From the human T2T-CHM13v2.0 reference genome, Homo sapiens, in assembly GCF_009914755.1 (NCBI RefSeq), contig NC_060942.1: DNA of 64,000 nucleotides. One strand, given 5' to 3'. Both the position numbers and the translations under genes were made by a program. The first letter of the stretch is position 1. Each line of letters begins with the position of its first letter. Of this stretch, positions 49,238 to 63,554 are shown piece after piece. The notes under the pieces are model-generated. The model was given only the letters and a program-made list of their open reading frames with translations, was not told the origin of the DNA and ran no database searches.

Positions 49238-52177
49238 ATACTTAAGGTTTTCCTAACTCGAACATTTTATTATCTATAGAAGGGAAAGTGGAAAATCAAG
49301 TGAAACCCAATGATGAAAGGGTTAGGGAGGATCAGGGCACTTCTCCAGCCTGCCTGCTTAGTGCTGGGCAGGTGCTCCCAGAGAAGTGCTAATAAGCTTC
49401 GATCTCCAGGCTGTAATGAGGGGCTGCGGAGGCTCTCCATGGGAGTGCTGTTTTTCCTGTTATGAGGTCTTCTAAAGTGGCTGAATAGAGCCCAGAGAGG
49501 GAAAAATTTGAATCCCTCTCCTTGTTTCCCCCTTCTTTGGTCTCTGTGGGAACCCAGGGCAAGTCATTTAACCTCTCAGTGCCTGGTAGTCTTCACCTGC
49601 AAATTAGGCTCCCTCTCTTCACCTCTGGCCTCTGCTAAAATAATGTTTAAAGAATCTGCAGGCCAAGCTCAGGTCTCAGCAAGCAAAGTGTTGCTAATGT
49701 ATAAAGCACTGTTGTCATTATTTGCCCAGGAGGGGAAGAAGGCCTTAAAGATTTAGCCAACACATGTAACAGCATCAAGTAGCCCAGTCTTAATTGTATC
49801 TGGATAGAGAGATGATGGATGCTATTTTGGTCCCACTGACATTTTCTACTAGTCCCTCCCAAGGGCCCTTGCCTGTCTCTCTTTTTGAACCATTATACCT
49901 AGATTCTTCTTGTTTTGTCCAGTGAACAAAAGCAGGAAAGTGTGTGATGGGGATGTGAGGAACTGTGGAGTGGAATGAGTTTCCTTCCCTCTTCACTAAC
50001 ATTCACTAGAGCTTTCATGAATGATGATGTTCTTGCTCCACCACTCATGGCTTCCATTCCTCCGTCAAGTTTCTGAGCGATACAAGTGAATTCCGATTCC
50101 TTGGAATGGCCTCAAATTCCTTCACCAAAGAAACCTGTCTGCTACAGATGAGTAGTCTGTGCATTCATGAAACTGGCAACTGTGACATTTGGAAAAGATT
50201 AGAGAGACAGTTAGTGTTTAGTCCAAATGTTAGCTCTGCCATTTGCTGAGTGATATGGGTCAGGTCATCTCCATCTTCCTGCACTTGAATTTTTTTTTTT
50301 TTTTTTTTTTTAATCAGTAAAGAGAGTCTATGTCAACCCTGGTTCGTGCTCCTTTTCCACAGGCATGTTTCTGACCTTCCCCTTCTCTGTTTCACCTTGT
50401 AGAGGTCCACCCCCGATCCCACAGGTGGGAAATTCCCAGGTGGTCTGGTCAGCTGCCTTCTAACTGGAATTGGCTTCCAGGAGGAGCCTGGGAGGAGACA
50501 GGAGCATGTGTGGAAAGGAGAAGCAAGGAGGCTCCTCTTCCTGTCCCTTTCTAAGGGGCTATCTCCAGAGTAGCTGAGCCTCCTCTGTGATTTAATTACC
50601 CTAGAAGATGTGACCCTGGCTCCCAGATCCTCTAAGCCCACTTCTCCCATTTTGTCCTCCGTTAAATTTCTGCTTTGGGTAATATTTGTGCTGGTTTCAT
50701 TTCCTACTTTACACGTCCTTTGTTATAAATATTGGAAGCACTGTGTTTCCCTGGCTAGATCCTGATTGATACAGAGTTGATGATGTAGCTTTTGTAAGAG
50801 GATGTTGTGAGATTTAAAGAAAGTCCTACGCAATTTCTTACTAGTGTAAATGCTAAATAAATGTCCACCAAATCCTGTTATCAACTTGATTTTTTTTTTG
50901 CTTCCCAACATCACCATTGTTTTGCCCCTTGATATTCTAAAAATTCTGCAAAACTCAATGCAGATGTTACTTACTTCATGAAGCTTTGTTCATCCTTAAC
51001 CAAATAAGATTTTTTAAAATTTTTCTCCCGTAGCAGTTTATATATGCATCTCTTGTAGAATTTGGCATATTCTGCCAAGAGTTTAATTATTTATAAATGT
51101 ACCTTTTCCTGCTAATCTGTAAGGTTCTGGCTGTCCCTCTAATTTTTGTACCTTTCTCAAACTCACAGCACCAGAAAAGGTGTTTTAAAATATTCGCTGA
51201 ACTGAATGGAACAGAAATACCCTACTTGGTACTTTTCTCTGCAACTTGATTCCTGTAGTCTGAGGGGTGTTATGGCAGACACCAAGAATGATTCTCCTAA
51301 TCAGATGTTGGATGCATTCTTGATCTATTAAAAACATTAGTTTTTTGAAGAGTGCAACTGCCCCATACTTTCCTGGGTTTTCATTTTATATCAGGTGTTA
51401 CCCATCAGGTATTACGTCTATGCTAAATTCACTAGATGCCTCATACTAAACACATTCATCTCAAGATTCAAGGAATGTAAAAAAAAAACTGTTTTTATAA
51501 GTGAATAGAAAATCAGATGTTCGGTTTGTGTTATGTGAGCCTCATGAGCATATATATGAAATCATATATCTAGTGTCTAGAATTGTGCCCATCATATTCT
51601 AGGTGCTCAACAAATATTTATTAAATGCCTGAATAAATGTGTATTTTGGATGAAGCCTTTACAGAATATTATATGTTAGTCATTATCCTTCAGAAATCAT
51701 TCTCTGTGAATTCCAAGTTAATTTTTTCTCTTTTTTTGTAATCTTCTTTATTATTTATTTTTAATTTGAGAGGAAACTCACCCTCAGGCTATCTCTTCTA
51801 TTTTTCTTCGCTGTTCAAATATGTTACCCATTATTTGGCCTTGAAAAAGCTTCCTCAAAATGTGATGTGGTTCTGCTTGTTCTTGAGGCTTAATAGTAGG
51901 AAAAAGGCTAATGGAAGACACCTGTGCACTGGAATGAAGACAATTCCTTGTCTTTTTCTCCCTGCTCCCTTACCTCCAGCACCCTCCTACAAACTAACCT
52001 GAAGTTTGTCTGGTCTGGGTGGAGGGAGCTGAGGGTGACTGATTAGAGAACATCATAAATGAAAGAGATTCTAGAGTTTAGTAAAAAAAAAAAAAAAAAA
52101 AAAAATCCCTTAATAGCAGATTAGTAGACTGAGACCAAGGGTGAATGGAGCCCCCCAAACTCACAGAAGTTAACGTA

Positions 52178-52559
52178 TGTCTTAGTCAGCTTGGACTACT
52201 GTAACAAAATACCACAGACTGGGTGGCTTAAACAACAGACATTTACTTCTCACAGTTCTGGAAGCTGGGAAGTCCAAGATCAAGGCTCAGGCAGATTTGG
52301 TTCTTGGCAAGGGCCCACTTCTTGGTCTGCAGACAGCTGTCTTCTCATGGCATATTTGCATGGCCCTCCTCGTTGCATGTGCAAGGAGGAAGACAGGGAG
52401 AGAAAGAGAGAGAGGATTATCTTTTCATTTTCTTATAAAATCATTAATTCCATCATGGGGGCCCCACCCAAAGGCCTCACCTCTTAATACCATCACATTG
52501 GGGGTTAGTGCTTCCACAGATGAATTTGAAGGGACGTAAACATTCAGCCCCTAATAACA
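52178..52559 (-). mobile_element. MLT1A0-like solo LTR
   Basis: TGTCTTAGTCAGCTTGGACTACTGTAACAAAATACCACAGACTGGGTGGCTTAAACAACAG...AACATTCAG...TAACA. Confidence 0.85.
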
Positions 52560-54189
52560 GAAGAGCCATAATTTTAGGTTTCCTGATTCCCAGTAAAATA
52601 GCAAACAGTGGCTATAATTCAATATCACCCCTGGCCAAATATGACCTTCAGGAATTGCCTTTCTAAGCTATCTTGCTCTAGCCCCAGCACACCAGCTAAT
52701 TAAATACACAGATTCTTTGTTACTGTCTAGATATAGGGGCCACTGTAGTTTTTCTTACTCTGACTCTTCCAGCTTTTAAAATGTCTTGTTCTCATAGAGA
52801 AAATTTACCCTAAAAATAAAGGGTTCTCTTAACTTACAAAGTATTTTCTTCTAACCTCTCCAAGCTTTAGAAGATTGAGTTAAATTTCCCTGGAGATGCA
52901 GGCCAGGCTTCTGTCAGCTGGTTTCATCTTCCCTAGGGTCTCTGAGCCAAGGTTCCTTCCATGGACTGTTCCTTTCCATTGAGCATTCTTGCCAAGATTT
53001 ATGATATAGTAAAGTGAAAAAGAGCCACGTCAACTGTCCTGTGAAGGAAAATGAGATTCTGCTCAATTTAAGGGGAGTTTAAATGAATAAAAAAGATCAG
53101 CATGTTAAATACTATGAAGTAGGATAATAGATTAATTTTAGAAAATTCAGGAGTCATCCTAATTACAGGTATAACTGAGTAGAAAGCTGGATAAGTCCCA
53201 CATAGTTCTTTCATAGGCCATGACATAATTAAATGACTGTTCATTTTATAGATAAGATATATCTTTGACGTAGACATTGTATATTGGGAAATCATCCACT
53301 CTGGGCCCTTAACCTGATGTAGACTCATTCTTAGCTAGAAAGAGCCAAGAATATTCAGGCAGGCATGAATTCTCTGAGAAAAACCATGAGCTTTGGAAAC
53401 GAAAATTGTTTCTCCACTTAAAAATAACAGTTCATGGATGCTGATGTGTACAAGCAACCAGTAGCTCCTCTGGAAGGACTTCACCACCCCAACCCTGGTA
53501 CAGGGTGGTGAAGTCAAGCAACGGATTGGGAGGGTTTAGCCCCACCCTTATAATAGGCATCTTTTCAACCCTAAACCCACTTCTGTGATATGGCTGATTG
53601 TTGACACTTTCTCAGTTTTATGGACTATTCCCCTAGTGCTTCCCTTCATTCCATATTGTCAAGCCCTTGAGGAAATCCTGGTGCCATTATAGAAGGTCTT
53701 TATACAATTTAAATCAGTGCATATGACATAAAGCACTACACATTGTGTATTGTATACTCTCAGCTGAATGGCTTCTCTTAGATGTCCCACGGACCTCTCT
53801 CAATCTTCCCTTTTCTTGGCTCACTCTGCCCCATCACTCAGCTCCATACAATATATCATCATTGACCCCTCTTTCCTTGACTTCCACATCCAACCTGTTA
53901 TCAAATCCTGTGTATTCTCTCTTGGCACTGTTTCTCATAAGCCTTCTCCGTCCTGATTTCTATCAGTGCCACCTTAGTATTTATCCACTACTTTTTAAAG
54001 TGTGTTTTTCTCTCCTCCAGCATTTCCTTCCCATTCTATCCCACAAATTTTTTCCGAATTATTCTTTCTGAATGATTCAACCAACATTCCCTAAACCTGT
54101 ATTATATCCCCAGGGCTAAATGATCAAAGATGAAAAAATAATGTGCCTTTACTTCAAGGAACTCAGGCTAGCATAAGACAGAGACACAC

Positions 54190-54410
54190 ACACAGACAGT
54201 GGAGGGTAGGGGTGAAGCATGGAGGCTCAATTCCAATGCTGGCTCTGACTTTTCCCAGCCATGTGACCCTGTGTAATTTAAGTGTGCCATGCCTGCAAAA
54301 TAGGGAAAATAGTTTCTATCTTATAGGTTTACAGGAAGGATGGAATGAGATAATCCATGGAAAGCATTTATAATAGTTCTTCACACATAATACATAATAA
54401 ACACTAGTTC
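54190..54410 (+). mobile_element. MIR SINE
   Basis: TGGCTCTGACTTTTCCCAGCCATGTGACCCTG...CTGCAAAATAGGG...GGATGGAATGAGATAATCCATGGAAAGCA. Confidence 0.65.
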
Positions 54411-55879
54411 TTATCATAAAGCAGTGCTCCTCAAACTCTCTGTGGTAAAGGACCATTTTGTAGTTGGTTTTCTTATTGAATGTCTAATGCATCATGAACT
54501 GATTTATGGCCCTACTATGCTTGACTTGTATGCAGCTCACACAACATGTAACTCAATGCTTGAGTTTGACAACAACCAAACACCTCCACACCCTGTTTAA
54601 TGAGACAGGTTCATTGCTCACTCACTTGGATGTCAGGGCAGTCACATTGTGAACCTATAACACACAGTTCATTGGTCAGACCAAGCCCTGAACCACAGGG
54701 ATTCAGGAACACAAGAATAAAATACAGCTGTGGTTGTTTTCACTTTCTTGCTCATGAGTGTCTCCGCATGAGCCATGCAAAGTACTTAATGTGATATTTT
54801 GGAGTCTTCACACTTAGGCCACATCCCAATCCCATCTTTCAAGCCTATGTCTCATGATTCCTCTTTGCAAACTTGAGGCTCTAGAACAGTACTTTCAAAC
54901 AGCTTCAGGAATAGGGATAGGGTGGAGGATAATTTACCCTCTTACATTTTTTTAAGAAAACTCCTGATTATCTGACATCATCTTTCTGATGATGCTTGCT
55001 GATTATTATTTGTCTTTCCTCAGGAAACTAGTCTGCCTACATCCCTGATGCCTAGAGCAGTACCTGGCATATAACAAGTGTTCAATAATATCTATTGAAT
55101 GAATAAGTGAGTAATAAAAAGATTGTGCTGTTAAACACATTTAAAATTTAATCTACTTGGCACATTATTCACATTAAAATCTGGAATATCTTGCTTTTAA
55201 CACAAAGCATTTTTTCCATCTCTTCTTGCCCAGAGTGATTTTTTTCCCCATCCATTTTTCCTTTGATTAAATTTTTGGTTACTGTTAATCCACTAAAACT
55301 CAATTGAATAATTTCCTCCAACACAGCCTCCAAGAAGCCTTCTCCTGACTTTTCATTATACTGTATGTTATCTCTATTACAGCACTTCTAACATGCTTTA
55401 TTATTTATGTTGTATGCCCTTTTGTAAATTATAAGGTCACAGAGAACAAGAGCCTGGCATAATTCATATTTGCATTTTTAAAAGTGTTTAACACAGTGTC
55501 TAATAGGTAATAAGAACCTTGTGCTGAATTATGTGGCGTATATCTGAATTTCCCAAGATCTATTTATGTCTCAAGAACCAGTTCAAGTTCTTCCTTCCTA
55601 GAGTTTTCCTGAATATTTTCACCTGCAGCAATATATCTGTTCTTTATCCTTACAGCCTTATTGATATTTAGCTTTTAATTAGCATTTTAAAATTTCATTC
55701 ATGTTTTTATTTCCCTAACAAATGTTTATGGCTTTGCTATTATGTTCAGGGAATTGTTATAGGTACCAGCGCAGGTAATGAAGAATAAGAAAACCCTTGC
55801 CTTCAATAATGATGCAATAGAATTTTCACTATGTAATTCCAAGTATTGGTGTGTGGGTTATTGTTGTTTTCCTTACCCT

Positions 55880-55882
<3 letters not shown>

Positions 55883-55924
<42 letters not shown>
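55883..55924. repeat. (CA)21 microsatellite
   Basis: Perfect dinucleotide run. Confidence 0.97.
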
Positions 55925-55925
<1 letters not shown>

Positions 55926-58559
55926 TCTGGGATCTTGAGGGCAGATCTTGTGAACCTTCTGCAAAAAGTAGCTTAGTGCGCCTATAAAACCTAGCAAATA
56001 CTCAATACAAACGGGATTAATTAGTGTTCCACACACATATACTGGTATATTCACATGTCACAAGCTTATTATCTCTTATTAGTAGGTAATTATCTGTCTT
56101 TTGCAGTGAAATGTGATAACCATGTGACACCGATACTATGGACCCTTAATGCAGGTAAGGTCTGACAGTTTTGATATCTTCACCTGTGGAGAAAGCCTGT
56201 AATAACCCATGCTCCACAGACCACTGAAATCTGGTGCCTCAAGAAATAATTAGATGCAAATAGAATGTGATAGGAAACATTTACCAGTCAGGTAGAGTAA
56301 AAACTTTGTTAATTTGAAATGCAAGAGACCAGAAAAATGAGCTCTGAATTAATTGGGTTTGGATTATCTGATATTTTTATTAAGGCCATTTAGTCATTTA
56401 GGCAATAACAGCTGCTGTTTGAATTTTTTTAGTGTTAGCCCTCTGAGGTTTTACTGTCAAGGTATGATTTCTTATGGCAGTAGTGTAACTATTAACCTTT
56501 GTAGCTGGACATAGATATCTAACAATCTGCCCAGGTTTATCACCAGCATACCCATGTTTCTGTCTATCAGTGCTGTTTGATTTCATTCGTATTTTTACTA
56601 ACTACCAGTAACAGTGACTCTCTCCAACTTAATTCTCTCCTCTTTGGATAGCATAGAGAATCGATGGGAATCTTTGAAGCAACCAGAGGAAAAGGCCATC
56701 TGATTTTCTGCTGCTTATATTTCAAGTCATCTGAGTATTTAATTGCATGGCTGATCCATTGCTTTATTTGCATGATAAATATTGTAGAAGCATAACCATT
56801 AGAAAGTGTGAAGGAACAATAAGTCCCTGACAAGGTAGAAAGTTCTTTTAGGACCATTCTAAATCATTTTCGAAAGGTGATATTCATAATACAAAAACCA
56901 AGTTTATGTGTGGTGTTCTCTAAGTAGACAGAACACAAAATCCATTAGAATATATTCATGAGTCATCTTAAATTTGAAAACTTTGCTTTGATGATTCTGT
57001 TAGGCAAGGAGAAGTGACAGCTTACTGGCAGAATTTAAGGTTTTCTTATTCTGCTTAGCTAAATCGATCAGCAGCCTACAGTTTAGTAAGGAAGACAAGG
57101 TAACTACACGTAAAAGGTAACAACATAAAAATAGCCCAGAGCAACATACTGCAAGTATCAAGTTAACAATAGAGACAATTCTTGTAAGAATTTAGGTAGA
57201 GATTCTGATTACATGTGAGGACAGTACTGACTTCCCAAAATTCAAATAATGCTTAACATACAATGGGTACCAAATACATTCCTACTGAACAACTGATCAG
57301 CTTTCCTAATGTGGCAAGACTGATTTCATTATTAATGGCAGATTTCTAATTTATTTATTTATACATATCTACTTGTAATACAGGTAACATGCACCCATTC
57401 TACATTTATTTAAGATACTAACCAGCCTCATAGTGTTTCAAAGCTGGAAGGGATTCTCTGATGCAGTGTTGCGGTTGTACAACAGTAGAGATGGGTTGCC
57501 TGGTCTGTGTCCCAGAGGCAGGGTTTGGGGTAGAGGGACTGGTCTACCAAATCAGAGTCTGGCTTCCCCAGATGAAACTCCTGGGGTCAGTTTTATCTTT
57601 CTCCATGGTCACTGCCCCAAGTCCATTCATTCAACTTTACGGAAGAGTGCTATATGCACATATTCTAACTAGAGTTGAACATAAAGTGTACCCCTTTTTA
57701 AATTTTCTTTCTCAAATTTTTAAAATCTCTTTTTATCATTTTTTTCTTCTCTTTTTTCCCCCTATCATGGAAATTCTTCTATTTATGGAATAGATGAACA
57801 TGGACACTCAGGGTAATTTGTATTAGCCCTGTGTTAAATGAATGGATATAGTTTTCATGATCCTTTAGACTCACATAAGCACTGATTACTGAAAATACAT
57901 TTTTGGCTCACAAGGAGGGCTGATTTTACAGGCTTCCCCTCAAAGTGGGCTGACTTCAGACTAATGACCTTGAGATGAAGGCCTCCGTAACTCAAACCCA
58001 CTGAGCCATCCAATACCTGGTCCTTTTTAATAGGTACGAATTATATGATTTATGGGATATAGAGAGATCATCCAACTGACCTGGCTCCATCCCTTGAGTG
58101 AGCTAGAGCTTGCTTTCTCTTTGAGAATTCCTAATCAGTTCAAAGTTTCCTTTTAAAATGTTACATGGCACTGATAAAAGTTTTGGAGTTGAATAAACTT
58201 TAGCTACCTGCAGACAAATGCAGACTTCTGACATCATCGCTGTTAGGGGCATGGCTGACTTGAACAGCCTATCTGGGTCTTGACTCCAAATAGCTTTCCA
58301 AAAGCCGTATTTTGAAGAGCTTGGTGTAATATGCTTAGAGTGCAATAAAAGAATGTTCTCTTAACAAGGTCTTAAAATTCCAGGGAAAAGTGCTTGACTA
58401 AGTGTATTGGAGATTTCCTTGAACTGAAAGCTTCAGAAAATGGGCTTGAACTATAATTGCCACAAGTAGTAGAAGATTGTGAAATGAGAATAAAAAATGA
58501 GAAGGTAATTCTGGGATAAGAGAAAGGCAGGGTAAAATTCCAAGATGGAATTTCAATGT

Positions 58560-58795
58560 ACTTACCATTTATGTGGTGCTAGCTGTGTGTTGTCACCATA
58601 AAGCCTCTAGAGATACTAACCACCTAATCTTTAACTCTATATGGTGGGTTATAACATTAGATTTTTTTTACAAATGGAAAAATCGAGGGATTATCTAACC
58701 TGCCCAGGCTTACTCAACAGGTAAGTGGCAAAGGTGGGTTTGAACCCACGAAGGTGGGCTGCAAAGTCAATAAAATCCAACACTAGGTGCTGCTC
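58560..58795 (-). mobile_element. MIR SINE
   Basis: TTTTACAAATGGAAAAATCGAGG...AACCTGCCCAGG...GTAAGTGGCAAAGGTGGGTTTGAACCCA. Confidence 0.7.
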
Positions 58796-60859
58796 CCTGT
58801 TCTCAGTGAACCAAGTTATAAAGCCAGAACTAGTGACCAAGTTGAAAGAAAAAGTGTTTGGTGACCAGTTAGAGGATAGTTCAGAACTGCGTTACTGGAC
58901 ATGTCAGCAGGGGAAGGATGAAACAGGCAGTGGAGGAGGGAGCTGCGTAACTTGAAAGGATAGGAAAGCAGTAAGCTTGGCAGCCAGACAAGCAATCTAA
59001 GAGTGCAAATGCAGGAACTAAAGCCAGAAAGCACCCATACAGAAGCGGTTCAAAGACCCAGTGTCCCTGCAAACAGTCCAGGGTTTGCTGGGAGTTGGAT
59101 AGCAGGCTTGACTACTCTACGGCGGGGATATTTTTATTCTAAGAACAAATATCCTCACTACCGTGAAAGCACCTGGCTACTTCCTGCTGATGTAGAATAG
59201 AATCACAAGACAGAGGCAGCTCACATCCCAGAGAACAGAGTAGATAATTGGGTGCTGAGTGGGAAGAAGGAGGGGATTGTAAGATCCTGGCAATTAATTT
59301 AGAGACTCAGGACAATGACATGATCCTCGTGACTTCTCTGTGGCTTTCCCAATGTATATTTCAAATCAATCTCTTGCACTTGCTCTCACTCTCACTCTCT
59401 GTCTCAGTCTAGGGAAGTCACCCTACAGATGGAATATGGATTTCTGGGGACCTTTTTTTTTCAGAATGAAAGGCCTCTGAATTTGTGATGCTCTGATTCT
59501 CAGGATTTCCTCTCCTCCTGAGACTATTCTGTTCAACATGTCAAGTGCTTCTATCATCTACTGATTTAAAGAAGGCAGGGTGGCCGACTGTCCGTCGGGA
59601 ATTCCTGCTGCCCATGGGTTATTATTCTGATGTTCCTATACCCTATGCAGACTTTCCACACTTTCAGACTCTGGTTCTGCCAGGCCTGTCAGCTACTGGG
59701 AATTTTTGTATCTGACCAAGCAAATCTTTGACTTCTCTCCTTACCTTTGGGCTGCTCACCTGCTTTGCCCAGAACAGTGAGGTGTAGAAATGGCTGAAAA
59801 GAGAGGCTGGTCTTGCCTGATGTTATTGGCATCTCTTAGTCATGGTCTTGCTCAGAGAGGAGAAGCTGCTATCAATAGGCACTAAGCAACATTTCTTTCC
59901 TTTGGATTCCTTTAGTCATGCTACATGGTGTCTAGACACACCACATGACTTGTGGGTAGAGCCACCAGTGTGGATTCAGGTGTATGACAGTCAGCTACTG
60001 ACAATGAGCTCTCTAACTATCAGAAAACGAAGCACTTGTTTTCAATCGCTGCTTGATTATTCTCATTTTGTGTGGGTTTTACCCTATTGCCGTGCAGCAA
60101 ATGTAGCCAAGCTGATTTCACTTCCAGAGTATTGACCTGGTAAGTAAAATTCCTGAGTGATCATGGTACACAACTGTGTGAAGTACAGGATAAAAATCTT
60201 GCAGTGACTTGGTGTTCTCTTCTGTAAAATGGGATTAGTTCATGATAAGCAGGAATTGTATATGCATTAGATTGTGCTTAAACTGTGTTGCTACGTAGAT
60301 TTGAGACTCAGCTGAAAATTAGAGAACATTTATTTCCCAGACAATTCATGTTACTGGAAATCTCCTAGAGTCAAGACCCGAAGAAATATTCACAAGGCTT
60401 TCCATATGTTAAGCTTGGCAGGATTATAAAATAAAAAGCATGCTTGAAAAATCGTTTAGATGGTTGATGTGAATATGCAGCCTGAGATCCAGCAGATTTT
60501 CAGGAAAATGTGGTGCAAGTACTTTGAATGATGCAATTTTGCACTTCAGCTACTTCTAGCCTCCTTCAGAATTTGACACCATCTACAGCATGAAAAAAAA
60601 TGGGTCTGTATTCAAAAATATGCCAACCACATAAAAATGTGGGGTACTTAAATTGGACAAACTTGTACTTTTCAAAAAATTGGGCTAACAAGCTTCAAAG
60701 AAGGAAGAAAGTGTTAGGAGTGACAGCTCAGAAAATGAGACCAATTGGATGAAGATATATTTTGTACACATACACACAAACTTCAACATGTTTGTGTTCA
60801 ACGTGTTTTTCCTTTTTCTCTCCCGTTGTATCTCCTTTTAAAAAATGAACTGCTACCTA

Positions 60860-61155
60860 GGCTGGACTTGGTGGTTCACTCCTGTAATCCCAGCACTTTG
60901 GGAGGCCAAGGTGGGAGAATCGCTTAATGAGAGGAGCTTGAGACCAATCTGGGCAACACAGTGAGACCCCATTTCTACTATAAAAGAGAGTTTGCCAGGT
61001 ATGGTGATGAGCTTGTAGTCCCACCTACTCATGAGGCTGAGGTGAGAGGATAGCTTGAGCCCAGGAATTTTAGGTTATAGTGAGCTATGATTGCACCACT
61101 GCATTCCAGCCTGGGTGACAGAGCAAGTCCCTGTCTCAAATAAATAGATAAATAA
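60860..61155 (+). mobile_element. AluJ (Jo/Jr-like) SINE
   Basis: GAGGATAGCTTGAGCCCAGG and GTGAGCTATGATTGCACC J features; approximate TSD TGCTACCTA/TGCTATCTA. Confidence 0.9.
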
Positions 61156-61297
61156 GTGCTATCTAAATGTATCTGACTCAAGATGACCCTAACTTCAAAA
61201 GCATACAACAACTGAAGCTATTTGAAAATAACCCCACTGAAGCAGGCTACTAACATTAGTTAAAACTCGAGATTAAAGGGAGTGCTTGCCCCCTATA

Positions 61298-61795
61298 CCA
61301 CGGGTTTTCAAAGAGAGGTCTCTGGACCAACTGCAGGAGCATCATCTGGCTCTACTCTAGACCTACAGACTCAGAAACCCTGAAGGTGGGCCTGGCAAGC
61401 TGTGCCTCTCAGATTCTCCAGGGAAGTCTGAAGTGCCTCACCTCAGGTTTGAGAACAAATTAACCTTAGCTGCATGTTGTAATCACCAGTGAGGTTTGTT
61501 GATTGATTTTTTTTTTTAATATGCAGAGTTTCTACCTCCAGACACTCTGAAGTAATTGATCATGAGTGCAGCCTCTAGAGATTTTACAAAACTCCCCAAG
61601 GGAGCTTTGTAAGATTTACCAGTCATAACTGCTAAAAGTTTGAGGAACTTTTCAAACTGTATTGAACATGAAACTCACCTGGCGATTCTGCTAAAATAAA
61701 GATGCAATTTCTCAGGGCTGGGACAGGGTCCAGATCCTGCATGTCTAATAAGCTTCCCAGTGATGCTGACTTTGCTGGTGGGAGGACCACAGTCT
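61298..61795. mobile_element. Cluster of two to three MER5-type hAT elements
   Basis: AGACCTACAGACTCAGAAACCCTG...GGTTTGAGAAC; GAATCACC-like motifs; CTGCATGTCTAATAAGCTTCCCAGTGATGCTGA...GGACCACA. Confidence 0.6.
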
Positions 61796-62965
61796 GAATC
61801 CCAGGCCCAAAGTGATACTGATCATTGCTCCCCAACACCTCGTGGAGGCTCATGGCCAGCCAAGGTCCACCCCTTGCTGCATTTAACAACTGACTCCATT
61901 GAATTGGAAACTGTAGAGCATCAGAGGTGTTAGTTTCCTAACAATCCAACCTGTTTACAACACATGTAACATACTATAATTTAGTTAATTATTTTTTACT
62001 TTCTAAATTTATTTTCTACATTTTAGTTAAATATTTTAAAGGCCAATAAAACACTAACTGTGAAAAGAAAGATTTTTCTTCCCCTATGTTACTCTTAAAA
62101 ATCAATTAAAAACTTTCAAGTCTCAATAGAAGCAAACTGTACTAGGGAGGGAGAAAAAAGCTGTCCAATTAAGTCGACATAAAGTAATATTTTATGACAC
62201 TCAGTGTGACAAAAATCTAGGTAGATTCTACATTGAGAATGCTTTGTCAGTGATTTTAAAATTGTTTGGTTAAAGAAATGGGAAGTGAAATATCAAGGGT
62301 GTGGTTCATACAAAGCAGGTGATTTGAAATTCCAGTCAGAAGACCCACCCTAAACATTTCTGATCATATATCAAAAGTTTTGCAAATAGATCAAAACTTA
62401 TGTTTCATTTAAAATATTTTATACTTGTATGTATTATTTTAATTACTTCCTGCTTTAATGGATTTTATTGGTTCACTACTAGTCTTGATTGTGCCAGGTA
62501 AAGAGGCTCTACTGTAATTTTGTTTTATAAGAATATTGCTAATCACTATCGTGCATAGCACAGTAGCTGCGTATCAGGAACCATGAAAGTGTTTAGCATT
62601 TATTTTAGCTAATCCTCATGAGAGTCCAGGGAATAACATTAATATTCTCATTTTAAAGCTGAAGAATGCAGTGGAGTTTTTTCTGTTCTCACAATTTACT
62701 AACATCCCAAAATCCAGCACAGACTGCGAAATATAAGATTCCTCATAGTCTAATAAATTTGCTTAAAACAAAATTAGAAACATTCAAAGCACAGTGAATA
62801 ATGTGTGCATACTTATTACTTGACATGAGAAAGCAAATCTACTTATAGATAATACATTGTTGTGTTCTGAGCCAACAAAGGGCCTGGGTGGTTACAGAAG
62901 GTGAAAGGCAAAAGGTAATAACCCTTCACAATCTAGATTTCAAGTTTCATCCCCACCTCCAGTGT

Positions 62966-62967
<2 letters not shown>

Positions 62968-63011
<44 letters not shown>
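62968..63011. repeat. (AC)22 microsatellite
   Basis: Perfect dinucleotide run preceded by GTGTGT. Confidence 0.97.
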
Positions 63012-63013
<2 letters not shown>

Positions 63014-63088
63014 TGGCCCAGTAGCTTCTCAATCTTCCTCATGTGCCTACATCTTCATGACTTTCCTCATGCCATCTCCTTTCCCTGA

Positions 63089-63554
63089 TGTGAAAGGAAA
63101 ATATCTTGGGCCCTCGAAATCACTAAGCTAAAGGGAAATGTCAAGCTGGGAACCGCTTAGGGCAAACCTGCTTCATATTCTATTCAAAATTACCCCTCTG
63201 CTCATTGAGATAAATGCATATCCGATTGCCTCCTTTGGAGAGGCTAATCAGAAACTCAAAAGAATGCAACCATTTGTCTCTTATGGACCTAGGACCTGGA
63301 AGCCCCCTCCCGTGAGTCCTCTGGCTTTTGCTTTGAGTTGTCCTGACTTTCTGGACTGAACCAGTGTTCATCTTACGTATGTCCATTGAGGTCTCATGTC
63401 TCCCTAAAATGTATAAAACCAAGCTGTGCTCTGACCACGTTGAGCACGTGTCATCAGGACCTCCTGATGCCGTGTCAGGGGCGCACATCCGCAACCTTGG
63501 CAAAATAAACTTTCTAAATTAACTGAGATATCTCTCAAATTTTCAAGGTTCACA
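63089..63554 (+). mobile_element. MER4A1-like ERV1 solo LTR
   Basis: TGTGAAAGGAAAATATCTTGGGCCC...CACTAAGCTAAAGGGAAA...TGTATAAAACCAAGCTG...AAATAAACTTTC...GGTTCACA; TATA and AATAAA retained; near-TSD CTGA/CTGG. Confidence 0.85.

Noticed and set aside
52083-52105. A23 run as the tail of a processed pseudogene
   Set aside because: No convincing TSD, upstream AATAAA or mRNA-like body; treated as a mononucleotide run, like T22 at 50290-50311 and A23 at 25993-26015.
57965-57973. Isolated TGACCTTGA (NR5A/ESRR motif) and scattered AP-1 heptamers
   Set aside because: Single short motifs are plausible by chance in 64 kb without clustering or conservation data.
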